From Candidatus Methanoperedens sp. (GTDB taxonomy: Archaea; Halobacteriota; Methanosarcinia; Methanosarcinales; Methanoperedenaceae): 32,000 bases of DNA. The position numbers and the translations under genes were made by a program. Every line of letters begins with the position of its first letter. Within the stretch, counting starts at the first letter, position 1. The notes below the pieces were generated by a model. The model made no database searches and was not told the origin of the DNA. It worked only from the letters and a program-made list of their open reading frames with translations. The stretch spans positions 1 to 32,000 of the forward strand of contig JBGQBI010000003.1 in assembly GCA_041494705.1 (NCBI GenBank), given 5' to 3'. Positions 6,532 to 16,744 of this stretch are shown here, piece by piece.

Positions 6532-8189
6532 AAATGGACACGAAGATCATATTTCACTGTCTTGGTATCTCGCAGAAACATTATTTTAAGAAATTCGTGA
6601 TACCGACATTTGTATTTGCCATTCTTTTTCCTTTTCTGGTATTGGTTGCGGTTCCCTCTATAATGACCGGGATTCTGGCAATCCTGATTGTATTGATTGT
6701 TTTTGTACTGGTTGCCATGGTTTTAATCTATCCAATAACAATGATTGAAAAAAAAAGGACAGAAATCGATAATAGTATCCATTATTATATTACGCATATG
6801 GGGGTTCTTGCCACGTCCCAGATGTCAAGGGTGGATATTCTGCTCAAGTTGTCGCAGAATGAGGCTTATGGTTATTTAGCCAGGGAAACGGGAAGGATAT
6901 ATGCACTAATTTATTACTGGCACGTAAGTTTTCCTGTAGCGTGCAGGTTCATTGCAAAAAGGACGCCTTCAGTCCTGTTTTCAGATTTCCTGGACAGGAT
7001 GGCGCATTCGGTGCAGGCTGGCCAGGATTTTGAAAATTTCGTCATATCAGAACAATCGGTGGTAATGAACGATTTTATGACAATGTACAAGGATTCGCTA
7101 AATTCCATCGATATGATTAAGGAAATGTTCATTTCCATGTGCATGTCCCTGATTTTCATTGTAGCATTCGCTATAATAATGCCTATAATTACAGGCCTGG
7201 ACGCTATAATGTTACTTGGTGGCTCTATAGGGATATTCGTTATAACCGAACTGGTTATAGTGTTATTCGCAAAATCAAAAGTGCCGACCGACCAGATATG
7301 GCATACACTTGAAATAGAGACCGTTGCTGACCGCAGGATTAAATGGTCCATGCCCCTTTCATTATTCGCCTGTTTAATCACAACCGGCGTCGTGATAAGT
7401 TTTTCACATCTTCCCATAACGATAATGTTCGCAGTTGCTTTAACGCCGTTATTGTTCACCGGCCTTATAGCTAGGACAGAAGAAAATAAAATCAAACGGT
7501 TTGATGATAATTTCGGCGCTTTTATACGCTCTCTCGGGGGCGCTTCCGGGGCGAGAAGCGGTCTTATTATTGAATCGTTAAGAGAACTTGTCTCGCATGA
7601 TTTTGGGCCTCTTTCAGAAAATATCAGCAACCTTTACAAAAGACTGAAAACAAGACTCAATACAATGCGTTCATGGGAGCATTTTGCAGCAGGTACGGGA
7701 AGTAATCTCATTGAACGGTTTGCAACAATGTTCGTAGAAGGCACGAACGTGGGCGGGAAACCCGCTATCATCGGGGATATTATCAGCAGGAATTTCATGG
7801 ATATCGTCTCGATGAGGAAGTTAAGATACAGCAGCGCTTCAAGCCTTATAGGCGTGCTCTACGGCATGACGGCGGGGATTGCTGCCACTATGTTCCTCGC
7901 AGTTTCTATAATCGCCATGCTTGCAAAGCTTTTTTCAAGTGTTTCCATTCCTGATATCGATATAGGTATCTCGATTGCCGCTATATCCCACAGTAATATT
8001 CCTTTGATGACCACTATGTTGATGTTCATGATGGTTTGCCATTCGTTAATATCCGCAATGCTCATCAGGATAGTTGATGGCGGTCATCATTTTAACACAT
8101 ATACCCACTTTGTGGGGCTTGTATGGATTTCTGCGCTGTCTGCGGAATTGACCATACGCGGTATAACTCCTCTTCTGGGAATGATGTGA
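6528..8189 (+). CDS. arlJ: Archaellum polytopic membrane platform protein ArlJ (FlaJ)
   Basis: 553 aa with many hydrophobic helices. ATGA overlap with the arlI stop. Canonical position after arlI. Confidence 0.8.
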   Translation: MKMDTKIIFHCLGISQKHYFKKFVIPTFVFAILFPFLVLVAVPSIMTGILAILIVLIVFVLVAMVLIYPITMIEKKRTEIDNSIHYYITHMGVLATSQMSRVDILLKLSQNEAYGYLARETGRIYALIYYWHVSFPVACRFIAKRTPSVLFSDFLDRMAHSVQAGQDFENFVISEQSVVMNDFMTMYKDSLNSIDMIKEMFISMCMSLIFIVAFAIIMPIITGLDAIMLLGGSIGIFVITELVIVLFAKSKVPTDQIWHTLEIETVADRRIKWSMPLSLFACLITTGVVISFSHLPITIMFAVALTPLLFTGLIARTEENKIKRFDDNFGAFIRSLGGASGARSGLIIESLRELVSHDFGPLSENISNLYKRLKTRLNTMRSWEHFAAGTGSNLIERFATMFVEGTNVGGKPAIIGDIISRNFMDIVSMRKLRYSSASSLIGVLYGMTAGIAATMFLAVSIIAMLAKLFSSVSIPDIDIGISIAAISHSNIPLMTTMLMFMMVCHSLISAMLIRIVDGGHHFNTYTHFVGLVWISALSAELTIRGITPLLGMM

Positions 8190-8197
8190 TAATCCCT

Positions 8198-8227
8198 TTC
8201 ACACAAACCTCACACCTTTGTTTATAG
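8198..8227 (+). promoter_or_regulatory. Candidate che operon promoter: TTCACAC-N6-CACACCTTTGTTTATAG
   Basis: Twin of 1323..1352. The TATA-like box is 94 nt upstream of the cheY ATG. Both operons also share AATGGAGG-N4-ATG at the start codon. Confidence 0.5.
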
Positions 8228-8320
8228 TTATGTGGATAAGATTTACCCTTTATTGACAAATGGAATTAATCATATGAATAAATATTATAAAAATATCTAC
8301 TAATTAAAAATGGAGGAAAA

Positions 8321-8680
8321 ATGCCAGGAAAAATATTACTTGTGGATGATGCAGCATTCATGCGAATGATGCTCAAGAAAATCATTGCACCATCTGGAAA
8401 CGAGGTAGTGGAAGCTGTCGATGGCTCGGATGGCGTAGCCAAATATAAAGAGCATAAACCCAATCTCGTGTTTTTGGATATAGTAATGCCAAATGTCGAT
8501 GGAATTGAATGCCTGAAGCAAATAATGGCATTTGATAGTAATGCCAAGGTCGTAATGTGCAGTTCGATTGGCCAGCAGACGGTTGTAAATGATGCAATCA
8601 AAATAGGAGCAAGGGATTTTATTATCAAGCCTTTCGATGGTGCAAAAGTGCTGGAAACCGTTTCGAAAAACCTGTCATAA
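8321..8680 (+). CDS. cheY: Chemotaxis response regulator CheY
   Basis: 119-aa single receiver domain: LLVDDAAFMR, FLDIVMPNVDG, VVMCSS, IIKPF. First gene of the che cluster. Confidence 0.9.
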   Translation: MPGKILLVDDAAFMRMMLKKIIAPSGNEVVEAVDGSDGVAKYKEHKPNLVFLDIVMPNVDGIECLKQIMAFDSNAKVVMCSSIGQQTVVNDAIKIGARDFIIKPFDGAKVLETVSKNLS

Positions 8681-8688
8681 GGAATAAA

Positions 8689-9831
8689 ATGCCGAGGATA
8701 AAAGTACTGGTCGTGGATGACTCAGCTTTCATGCGCAAGGCCATCACTGATATTCTCTCTTCCTCGCCGGATATAGAAGTCATTGGCAAAGCAAAAAATG
8801 GGAAGGAAGCGTTTGAAAAGGTAATAGAATTAAAACCTGATGTCGTTACCCTGGACATTGAAATGCCTGTTCTTGACGGTCTCCAGACTCTTGGATATAT
8901 AATGAGTGAATGCCCGACACCCGTAATAATGCTCAGCGCCGCGGAATCAAAACATGCGGATGTCACAATGACGGCATTCCAATACGGTGCAGTAGATTTC
9001 ATTCTCAAACCTTCAGGAAATATCAGCCTCGACATGAATAAAATAAAGGATGAAATGGTTAAAAAGGTAAAGGCTGCAGCCAAAGTTGAAACTTATAAGC
9101 TTGGTTTTATCCAGGAACACGGGAAAGAAGATAATTCCTGTATTTCCAGGATGGAAGGTGTTAAAGAGACCGGAAAAAAGCCAAAAGGTTCAGTTGTAGT
9201 AGAAAGAGACCGGATGGAAGAGCAAAAGATTGAACCTGACAAAAAATCAAAATTTAAGAAAATAATAATTATCGGTACATCTACAGGCGGGCCAAGAGCG
9301 CTGCAGCAGGTTATACCTTTGCTCCCCTCTAACCTTAATGCGCCGGTTCTTGTGGTCCAGCACATGCCGGCAGGATTTACAAAATCACTTGCGGAGCGCC
9401 TGGACAGCCAGTCCGGGATAAAGGTAAGGGAAGCTCGGGATGGGGATATAGTGAGACCCGGAATTGTCCTGATAGCACCTGGCGATTACCATATGATTGT
9501 GAGGCAGGAAGAAATAAACGGCAAAACAAAAGAAGTTATCGCGCTTAATAAGAGTGAAAAAGTCCAGGGTGTAAGGCCGTCTGTTGATGTTCTTCTCAAT
9601 TCAGTTGTGCGGATTTACGGGGCAAACTCGATAGGGGTTATACTTACGGGAATGGGCTCTGACGGTACTGATGGTATCAGGAGACTCAAATCAGCCGGCG
9701 GCAAAGTAATCGCAGAGGATGAATCCACATGCGTGGTTTATGGCATGCCCAGGTCTATTATAGAACAACGGCTGGCAGATTATGTTTTACCAATTAATAA
9801 AATAGCGGAGAGCATAGCGCAAATTACATAG
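8689..9831 (+). CDS. cheB: Chemotaxis protein-glutamate methylesterase CheB
   Basis: N-terminal receiver (VLVVDDSAFMR, TLDIEMPVLDG), a long K/E-rich linker, then a methylesterase domain (GTSTGGPRAL, VVQHMPAGFT, GMGSDG). Confidence 0.9.
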   Translation: MPRIKVLVVDDSAFMRKAITDILSSSPDIEVIGKAKNGKEAFEKVIELKPDVVTLDIEMPVLDGLQTLGYIMSECPTPVIMLSAAESKHADVTMTAFQYGAVDFILKPSGNISLDMNKIKDEMVKKVKAAAKVETYKLGFIQEHGKEDNSCISRMEGVKETGKKPKGSVVVERDRMEEQKIEPDKKSKFKKIIIIGTSTGGPRALQQVIPLLPSNLNAPVLVVQHMPAGFTKSLAERLDSQSGIKVREARDGDIVRPGIVLIAPGDYHMIVRQEEINGKTKEVIALNKSEKVQGVRPSVDVLLNSVVRIYGANSIGVILTGMGSDGTDGIRRLKSAGGKVIAEDESTCVVYGMPRSIIEQRLADYVLPINKIAESIAQIT

Positions 9832-9841
9832 GGGAATTTTA

Positions 9842-11800
9842 ATGGATGACATGTCGGAATATAAGGAAATGTATGCGGTTGAAGCAGCAGAACACCTTCA
9901 ATCGATGAATGAGGCGCTTCTCAATCTTGAGAAAGACCCGGAAAACAGTGAAACGATTAATGTAATGTTCAGGGCGGCTCACACGCTAAAAGGCATGTCT
10001 GCAACTATGGGTTACACCAATATCAAGGAACTCACCCATGAAATGGAAAACCTGATGGACAGCGCCCGGAAAAACGAGATGAAACTTGATTCTGCGGCTA
10101 TCGATATACTTTTCGAAGGTCTTGATAAGCTTGAAAAAATGGCGGAAAACCCTGAAAATTGTTCGCAATTCGATATATCCGCTCTGATAGGGAAAATTTC
10201 ATTACTGTCAAAAAGGGAAACCGGGGCAGAAGCGACCGGGCAGGTAAAAACTCCCGGGACAGAAGCCGCAGATGTTACCCATGATAGCTCTAAACCCGGT
10301 AATACCGGCCAGGAAAAAGTCGAAGATGGCTGCACAATTTTAGATATTACTGTTACGCTTCACGAATCATGTGTTCTCAAATCTGCCCGTTCGACAGTTG
10401 TAATGAGGAATCTTTCAGAGCTCGGGGAAATTATTGAAACGCATCCTTCGATTAAGGAAATTGAAGACGAGAAGTTTGACAGGGAATTCAAGATTGTGGT
10501 TTCGACTAAAGAAGAGGCTGCAAAATTAGAAAAAAGTATAATGAAAATTTCAGAGATTGCAAAAGTGGAGATTAAAGCACATGAAGGGGCACAGGCAAAG
10601 GCAAAAGTTGAAGAAAAATCCTGCAATCCCGATAGTAACAAGACCGCAATAAAAAGCGTCCAGAGCGTCCGTGTAAGTATAGAACGCCTGGATTCGCTGA
10701 TGAACCTTGTCGGGGAACTGATTATTAATAAAATACGCTTGATGCAGCTTGCCACTGTTCATAAACTGGATGTCCTGGAAGAGACGCTTGCAAGTCTTAA
10801 CCGTCTTACGAATGAATTGCAGGAAGAAATCATGGCATCCAGGATGGTACCGATTGAACAGATATTCAACCGTTTCCCGAGGATGGTCAGGGACCTTGCC
10901 AAAAAAGAGGAAAAAGATATAGATTTAATCCTGGAAGGCGGTGATATTGAACTTGACCGTACCGTGCTGGATGAGATAGGAGACCCGCTTGTCCATATCC
11001 TCAGGAACTGTGTGGACCATGGTATCGAATCCCCGGAGGTCAGGAAACAGGCAGGTAAAAACCCCAGGGGTACTATCAGGTTGATTGCAAGGCGTGAGAA
11101 AAATCATGTGGTCATTGAAGCCACGGATGACGGTAAAGGAATGGACCCGCAGAAGTTTCGGGAAACTGCTGTCAAGAAAGGGTTATTGACGCAGGAAGAG
11201 GCGACAAAACTTTCAGATAATGAAGCAATCAACCTGTCATTCATGCCCGGGTTCAGCACAGCTGAGAAAGTAACAGATGTTTCAGGGCGCGGGGTGGGGA
11301 TGGACGTTGTGAGAACCAAAATAGGGAGTATGGGCGGCTCGATAAAACTTGAATCTGCAAAAGGGGCAGGTACAAAAATCATTCTCAAATTGCCTTTAAC
11401 TGTGGCAATCATCCATTCCCTGATGGTAAAGGTAGGAAAGGATGTCTATGCCGTGCCCATTGCCAATGTGGTAAGGGATTTGTCTGTCAAGAAAGACCAG
11501 ATAAAGACAATAAAGGGCGAGGAAGTTATATTGATACGGGGCGAAGTCCTGCCTATTGTCCGGCTTCACAAGCTTTTCGGAATCATCGATACCAACGGTT
11601 CGGAAGACCTTCTTGTCGTGGTCGTGGAACGAGGCGGAAGCAATATCGGGCTTGTTGTGGACCAGGTCATCGGCCAGCAGGAAGTAATACTCAAGAACCT
11701 TGAAAATCATATTCTCAAAGGCGTCAGGGGATTTGCCGGAGCGACAATACTGGGTGACGGCAATGTTGCACTGATTCTTGACGTGGGGACACTGCTATGA
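9842..11800 (+). CDS. cheA: Chemotaxis histidine kinase CheA
   Basis: Hpt H-box FRAAHTLKGMSATMG, dimerisation segment, HATPase (HILRNCVDHGIE, DDGKGMD, GRGVGMDVV), and a C-terminal CheW-like domain. Confidence 0.95.
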   Translation: MDDMSEYKEMYAVEAAEHLQSMNEALLNLEKDPENSETINVMFRAAHTLKGMSATMGYTNIKELTHEMENLMDSARKNEMKLDSAAIDILFEGLDKLEKMAENPENCSQFDISALIGKISLLSKRETGAEATGQVKTPGTEAADVTHDSSKPGNTGQEKVEDGCTILDITVTLHESCVLKSARSTVVMRNLSELGEIIETHPSIKEIEDEKFDREFKIVVSTKEEAAKLEKSIMKISEIAKVEIKAHEGAQAKAKVEEKSCNPDSNKTAIKSVQSVRVSIERLDSLMNLVGELIINKIRLMQLATVHKLDVLEETLASLNRLTNELQEEIMASRMVPIEQIFNRFPRMVRDLAKKEEKDIDLILEGGDIELDRTVLDEIGDPLVHILRNCVDHGIESPEVRKQAGKNPRGTIRLIARREKNHVVIEATDDGKGMDPQKFRETAVKKGLLTQEEATKLSDNEAINLSFMPGFSTAEKVTDVSGRGVGMDVVRTKIGSMGGSIKLESAKGAGTKIILKLPLTVAIIHSLMVKVGKDVYAVPIANVVRDLSVKKDQIKTIKGEEVILIRGEVLPIVRLHKLFGIIDTNGSEDLLVVVVERGGSNIGLVVDQVIGQQEVILKNLENHILKGVRGFAGATILGDGNVALILDVGTLL

Positions 11801-12639
11801 TAAATACTTCTGATATCGTGACATTGCGCGAGGATGACAGGGAATTTTCAGAATTAAAAGTTATTATCAAGAGGAAAATCGGTTTTAATTGCGAGCAATA
11901 CAAGCAGGCGCATTTGAAAAGGAGACTGGCTGTCAGGCTCAGGGCAACCCAATCAAAATCTTATAAAGAGTATGCAGAGGTCCTTTTAAAAAATCTGGCT
12001 GAAGAGAAACAATTGAAAGAGACATTAACAGTCAATGTTACGGAATTGTTCAGGAACCCTGAAACCTACGAAGCGTTTCGTGCAACGGTGCTTCCTGAAT
12101 TGATTAAATCCAGAGGAGAGAACCGGACCTTGAAAGTATGGAGCGCCGGATGCTCAAATGGGGAAGAACCGTATTCCATAGCCATTATGCTGGCCGAATA
12201 CCTGGGAATAGCAGCCAGGAGATATAATATCTCCATCATGGGCACAGATATTGATGAGGATTCACTCAGTAAAGCTGAACTTGGCATATTTCATCCGAAG
12301 GCACTCGAAAAAATAAGTAAAGAAAGGCTTGAACGTTTTTTTATTAAGAAAGATAATAATTATCAGGTCACTGACGGAATTCATCGCATGATCACTTTTA
12401 AAAACCATGATTTGATATCCGGACCGAAACTATCAGGATTTGACATAATCTTTTGCAGGAATGTCACTATATATTTTGAGCAGAAACTTCAGGAGAAGCT
12501 TTATTTTGATTTCTATAATGCCCTGAAAGACGGCGGTTATTTTGTTATGGGAAAAACAGAAACCCTTATCGGACAATCAAGCAAGCTTTTCAAACACGTT
12601 GATTTGAAAGAAAGGATATACCAAAAGAAGGCAAACTAA
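11797..12639 (+). CDS. cheR: Chemotaxis protein methyltransferase CheR
   Basis: TELFRNPETYEAF, then LKVWSAGCSNGEEPYSIAI and IFCRNVTIYF (SAM-binding fold). ATGA overlap with cheA. Confidence 0.85.
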   Translation: MINTSDIVTLREDDREFSELKVIIKRKIGFNCEQYKQAHLKRRLAVRLRATQSKSYKEYAEVLLKNLAEEKQLKETLTVNVTELFRNPETYEAFRATVLPELIKSRGENRTLKVWSAGCSNGEEPYSIAIMLAEYLGIAARRYNISIMGTDIDEDSLSKAELGIFHPKALEKISKERLERFFIKKDNNYQVTDGIHRMITFKNHDLISGPKLSGFDIIFCRNVTIYFEQKLQEKLYFDFYNALKDGGYFVMGKTETLIGQSSKLFKHVDLKERIYQKKAN

Positions 12640-12641
12640 AT

Positions 12642-13259
12642 ATGACTGAAATAAAAACACTTACTGAATTCCAGAAAGATGCACTCAAAGAGGTCGGGAA
12701 TATCGGGATTGGGCATGCAACAACATCGCTCTCCCAGATGGTCAACAAGCCTGTCTGGATATCCCTGCCCGACCTTAAGCTGATACCATTAATAAAAGTG
12801 GCTGTCCTTGTAAAGAATGAAGCACCAGTGATAGGGATAATACTGGAATTGACAGGGGATACCAAAGGGTTTCTTCTGCTTTTATTATCGAAAAAAAGCG
12901 CGAAGTACCTGATTAATCTTGTACTTGGTACGGTAAATGAGACCGAGACATTTGATGAAATGGAACAATCTGTCCTTAAAGAGCTGGGAAACATAATGAG
13001 CGGGACTTATATAACCTCTCTTTCAAATTTCCTGGGAATATCAATTGGTCTTTCGCCGCCCTTAAATATATATGATATGGCCGATGCAATAATTAACCAG
13101 ATTGTATGCATGATGAGCAGGGATGTCGAAGATGTCCTGTTTATAAACACCGAATTCACAATAAACACCGAGAAAATTGAAGGGAAAATACTCATATTTA
13201 CAGATTCTGCATCCCTTTCTAAAATACTGGATTCCATAAACAGGATTTCAGGGAATTAA
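12642..13259 (+). CDS. cheC: CheY-P phosphatase CheC
   Basis: Two CheC-type motifs, DALKEVGNIGIGHA and SVLKELGNIMSGTY. 205 aa. Confidence 0.8.
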   Translation: MTEIKTLTEFQKDALKEVGNIGIGHATTSLSQMVNKPVWISLPDLKLIPLIKVAVLVKNEAPVIGIILELTGDTKGFLLLLLSKKSAKYLINLVLGTVNETETFDEMEQSVLKELGNIMSGTYITSLSNFLGISIGLSPPLNIYDMADAIINQIVCMMSRDVEDVLFINTEFTINTEKIEGKILIFTDSASLSKILDSINRISGN

Positions 13260-13348
13260 AACAGCATTTCGAGCTATATTTATATCCATCATCATAATGA
13301 TAGTTATCAGCAAACCTTATTACTTTAAAGAATAATATACATTACATT

Positions 13349-13837
13349 ATGGATATGGTTAAAGAGAAGATTATCGTCGGAATTGCAGACCTTGTCGTTG
13401 TTCATAACCCGGCAGTGCTTGTAACAATTGGACTTGGTTCATGTGTAGCGATTTCATTCCGCGACCCGGTGGCAAAATTCGGGGGACTTGCCCATATATT
13501 ACTTCCCGCTATAGAGGAATCAAGAAATAAAGACAATCCTTTGAAATTTGCGGATACAGCCATCGAAAAGGGTGTTGAGATGATGCTCCAGAAGGGCTGT
13601 GCGAAGAACAGGATAGAAACCAAGATAGCGGGTGGGGCAAGCATGTTTGCTTTCAGAGATGCGGATTTGCAGATAGGGGCAAAAAATGTTGAAGCTGTCA
13701 GGAGAAAACTTAAAGATTTGAAACTTCCGATTATAGCAAGCGATACCGGGGGAAATTACGGCAGGACCATAGAATTCGATATCGCATCCGGGGCTATGTT
13801 TGTTAAAAGCGCATTTAATGGGAACAAAGAAATTTAA
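13349..13837 (+). CDS. cheD: Chemoreceptor glutamine deamidase CheD
   Basis: GLGSCVAI active-site Cys context and GLAHILLP. 162 aa. Confidence 0.85.
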   Translation: MDMVKEKIIVGIADLVVVHNPAVLVTIGLGSCVAISFRDPVAKFGGLAHILLPAIEESRNKDNPLKFADTAIEKGVEMMLQKGCAKNRIETKIAGGASMFAFRDADLQIGAKNVEAVRRKLKDLKLPIIASDTGGNYGRTIEFDIASGAMFVKSAFNGNKEI

Positions 13838-13843
13838 TTTTTC

Positions 13844-14746
13844 TTAATGGTAATCCTCATGCCCTATTTCCACAGGGGCGCATTCGGCACATTCAAATTG
13901 CAGTGTGGTATGCAATATCCGAAACCTGTCTTTTACAATTTCGCTTATCCTGGTTATTAATATCTCAGTCTGCTGGACATGAATCCTGTCCACAACTACA
14001 TGGGCGCTCATAGCATGGATATTGGAGCAAATACTCCATATATGAATATCATGAACTCCTTTTATGCCTTCTATCTGCATCATTGTTTCTTTTAATTTAT
14101 CAGCATCAACATGCGCGGGGGCGAACTCAAGGAGAATCCGGGCGGAGCCGAAAATGAGCCTGACAGAACCGTACAAAAGCATGATGCCCAACAAAATGCC
14201 AAGCGCAGGGTCAACAATTGTTTTGCCTGTGAAAATGATGATAAGGGCTCCCGCTATCACCCCGATGGATGCAAGGGCGTCCCCGATTACATGCAGGTAT
14301 GCACCTCTGATATTGAGATCATGATGCCCACGCAATTTTAAAGCCACCCACATATTCACAACCAGTCCCACGCTGGCTATTATCAGCACCTCAGCTCCCC
14401 TCACCGGGGGAGGATTCAGGATTCTTCCATAAGCCTCATAAAAGATGAATATGGAAATTCCGAGAATCGTTAATCCATTCATTAATGCAGCAAAAATTTC
14501 AAACCTGTGGTAACCGAAGGTAACATTCCTGTTGGATGGACGGGAGGATATTTTTATTGCGCCGTAGGTAAGAACCAGTGCCACCGCATCCGTAAAAACA
14601 TGGGCTGCATCCGAAAGAAGAGCAAGGCTGTTGGATATTATTCCCCCCGCAAATTCGAGGAAAAAAATAAGGATTGTGAGGATTATTGCAATCTTTAAGT
14701 TCTTATTTATATCTCCCATGTTACAGTCATATAAGATTGGCGCCAT
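13844..14746 (-). CDS. Cation diffusion facilitator family transporter (CzcD/ZitB-like)
   Basis: LLSDAAHVFTD in TM2 and HVIGDALASIG in TM5, with a C-terminal cytoplasmic domain. An alternative start is ATG 14719. Confidence 0.85.
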   Translation of the reverse strand: MAPILYDCNMGDINKNLKIAIILTILIFFLEFAGGIISNSLALLSDAAHVFTDAVALVLTYGAIKISSRPSNRNVTFGYHRFEIFAALMNGLTILGISIFIFYEAYGRILNPPPVRGAEVLIIASVGLVVNMWVALKLRGHHDLNIRGAYLHVIGDALASIGVIAGALIIIFTGKTIVDPALGILLGIMLLYGSVRLIFGSARILLEFAPAHVDADKLKETMMQIEGIKGVHDIHIWSICSNIHAMSAHVVVDRIHVQQTEILITRISEIVKDRFRILHTTLQFECAECAPVEIGHEDYH

Positions 14747-14783
14747 GATAAAATATTTCTATCGGTAATGCCACCTATGATTC

Positions 14784-15071
14784 ATGCTTGTTGAACAGAT
14801 TAAGCTTGAAAATGGGAGCGCTCTTGGTTTAAAGATGGACATGGAAAATGCCCCGCTTCTTGTTATCAGGGCCGGGTGCGGCTTTGTTATGTGCGGGTAT
14901 CTTAATATGGATATTGCTAATAAACTGGGAGATGTGGCCGTGCGGGTGACCGGTGTAAGAAGCTTTGAAGATGTTTTGAATGCAAAAGCTGTAGATGTTT
15001 CCCTGGCTGCAAAAAGTCTGGGCATAATTGTTGGGATGGCTGCAAAAGATGCGCTTAATAAGATGTTCTAA
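14784..15071 (+). CDS. DUF1805 (YunC-like) family protein
   Basis: 95 aa with PLLVIRAGCGFVMCGYLNMDIANKLGDVAVRVTGV, recalled as typical of DUF1805. Not verified by search. Confidence 0.6.
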   Translation: MLVEQIKLENGSALGLKMDMENAPLLVIRAGCGFVMCGYLNMDIANKLGDVAVRVTGVRSFEDVLNAKAVDVSLAAKSLGIIVGMAAKDALNKMF

Positions 15072-15109
15072 TCCAGAATTTCACGGTGTCAGCACTGGAT
15101 AATGGAATC

Positions 15110-15745
15110 TCACTCAATTTTACAGGAATCAAACCAATCTTTTTCAAATAATGTTTTAGGGATTCTATATATCTCTTCGGCAGTACCCTCTATTAAATAA
15201 GTTATAGAGATTTTACTATTCTTTTTATCTACATCGATGCTGATGAATTTTGACCTCTTAGAGCCCACTGATAATAATTGGTTTTTTATTTCTATTTCAT
15301 CAATAATTCTATTTGTATTAATAATCAATTTTTTTTGATAATAACCCATCCCCTTTTTTTCATAAAGTTTATCGAAGAAAATTACTATCCAGGTCAAAAT
15401 ATAAATACTGATTCCTATAAAATATTCACCGACTCCTGTGGCTATTCCAAATATTGCGAAAACCCATATGCTTGCCGCAGTTGTAAATCCAAATGTTTTA
15501 TCATTGGTTTTTATTAAAGCACCCGCTCCCAAAAAGCCTATTCCCGTTACAATAGCACCTAATAGCGGTAGGGGATTTTCTAAATCTATAATCGTTGCTG
15601 TAATTGCAAGCCCACACGCGCCAACCGAGACAAAAATAAATGCGCCAAAACCTATGGGTTTATGGGATCTCTGTCTCTCAATACCGAAAATCAGGGACAG
15701 TACAAACGTAATAATTAATCTTAATAGGATTACTGATCTTTCCAT
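15110..15745 (-). CDS. MgtC/SapB family membrane protein
   Basis: N-terminal GIERQRSHKPIGFGAFIFVSVGA and four to five TM helices, plus a soluble C-terminal domain. Confidence 0.8.
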   Translation of the reverse strand: MERSVILLRLIITFVLSLIFGIERQRSHKPIGFGAFIFVSVGACGLAITATIIDLENPLPLLGAIVTGIGFLGAGALIKTNDKTFGFTTAASIWVFAIFGIATGVGEYFIGISIYILTWIVIFFDKLYEKKGMGYYQKKLIINTNRIIDEIEIKNQLLSVGSKRSKFISIDVDKKNSKISITYLIEGTAEEIYRIPKTLFEKDWFDSCKIE

Positions 15746-15790
15746 CGGCCTGACTTAATGTGTTAAAGCATATATATTCATTTTCTTCTC

Positions 15791-16744
15791 TTAATCAACA
15801 GGGTTGTCAGGTATTTTACAAACATCAAGTTTCTTGCATACTTCGCAATCCGTTTCACATGGTTCAATATGTATCAGGATTGAAAGGTTTGGGATTTGCT
15901 CTTTTATATCCTTTTCAAGATGGTCGCAGAATTCATGCGCCTCAACAACCTGCTGGTTTTTGGGCACAACAAGATGCAAATCCACATATCTCTCGGCGCC
16001 AGACATCCTTGTGCGTAAGTCATGATATTCAGCAAATTCCGAGTAATGCTCTGAAATTATGGATTTGATGATATTCTCTTCCTTGTCTGAAAGTTTCATA
16101 TCCATAAGCCCTGAAACAGAGCGCTTTGTCAGGTCGTATGAAGCCTTGATTATAATGAGCGCTACGATTATTGCCATAACCGGGTCAAAAATGGGATTGT
16201 TGGTTAATTTAATGAGAATAAGACCTATGAAAACACCTATCGAGGTATATACATCCGTGGTGAGGTGATAGGCATCTGCCTCGAGTGCAATAGATTCAGC
16301 TTTTTTTGCCACTTTCATGATTCTTGATGACACATAAAAATTGACAATAGCAGAGATACCCATGACGACAATACCGACCCCGATCATCTCGAATTCAATC
16401 CCATCATTTCCCAGTAACTTTTCACCTGATTTATAAAGTATAATTATTGCTGCTACGAAAATGAGAATTGCTTCTACGGTTCCGGATACATTCTCAAATT
16501 TACCATGCCCGAACTTGTGTTCATCATCAGCAGGTTGTCCTGCTTTCCTAACAGAATAATTCGCTATTATAGCAGCAAGGAGGTCTATGCCTGAATGCAG
16601 GGCTTCGGAGAGTATGCTTATTGAACCTATGACTAAGCCGACCGCGAGCTTCATGATAAGTAACAGAGAATTGGAATATATGGAGAGTTTCGCTACCGAG
16701 GTAATTTCCTTATGAGCTGCAAAATACTTGTTGTTTTCAGGCAT
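15791..16744 (-). CDS. Cation diffusion facilitator family transporter (FieF-like) with Cys-rich C-terminal tail
   Basis: SILSEALHSGIDL and HLTTDVYTSIG motifs. The tail is CETDCEVCKKLDVC. Confidence 0.85.
   Translation of the reverse strand: MPENNKYFAAHKEITSVAKLSIYSNSLLLIMKLAVGLVIGSISILSEALHSGIDLLAAIIANYSVRKAGQPADDEHKFGHGKFENVSGTVEAILIFVAAIIILYKSGEKLLGNDGIEFEMIGVGIVVMGISAIVNFYVSSRIMKVAKKAESIALEADAYHLTTDVYTSIGVFIGLILIKLTNNPIFDPVMAIIVALIIIKASYDLTKRSVSGLMDMKLSDKEENIIKSIISEHYSEFAEYHDLRTRMSGAERYVDLHLVVPKNQQVVEAHEFCDHLEKDIKEQIPNLSILIHIEPCETDCEVCKKLDVCKIPDNPVD

Noticed and set aside
6914-7630. There are long antisense ORFs inside real genes: 238 aa opposite arlJ (6914..7630), 174 aa opposite arlH (4417..4941), 152 aa at 8625..9083, 184 aa at 29855..30409, and many ORFs of 60-130 aa.
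   Set aside because: They are shadow ORFs. They have low-complexity, Ser/Ile/Phe-rich translations and no motifs or RBS, and each is fully overlapped by a confidently assigned gene on the other strand.
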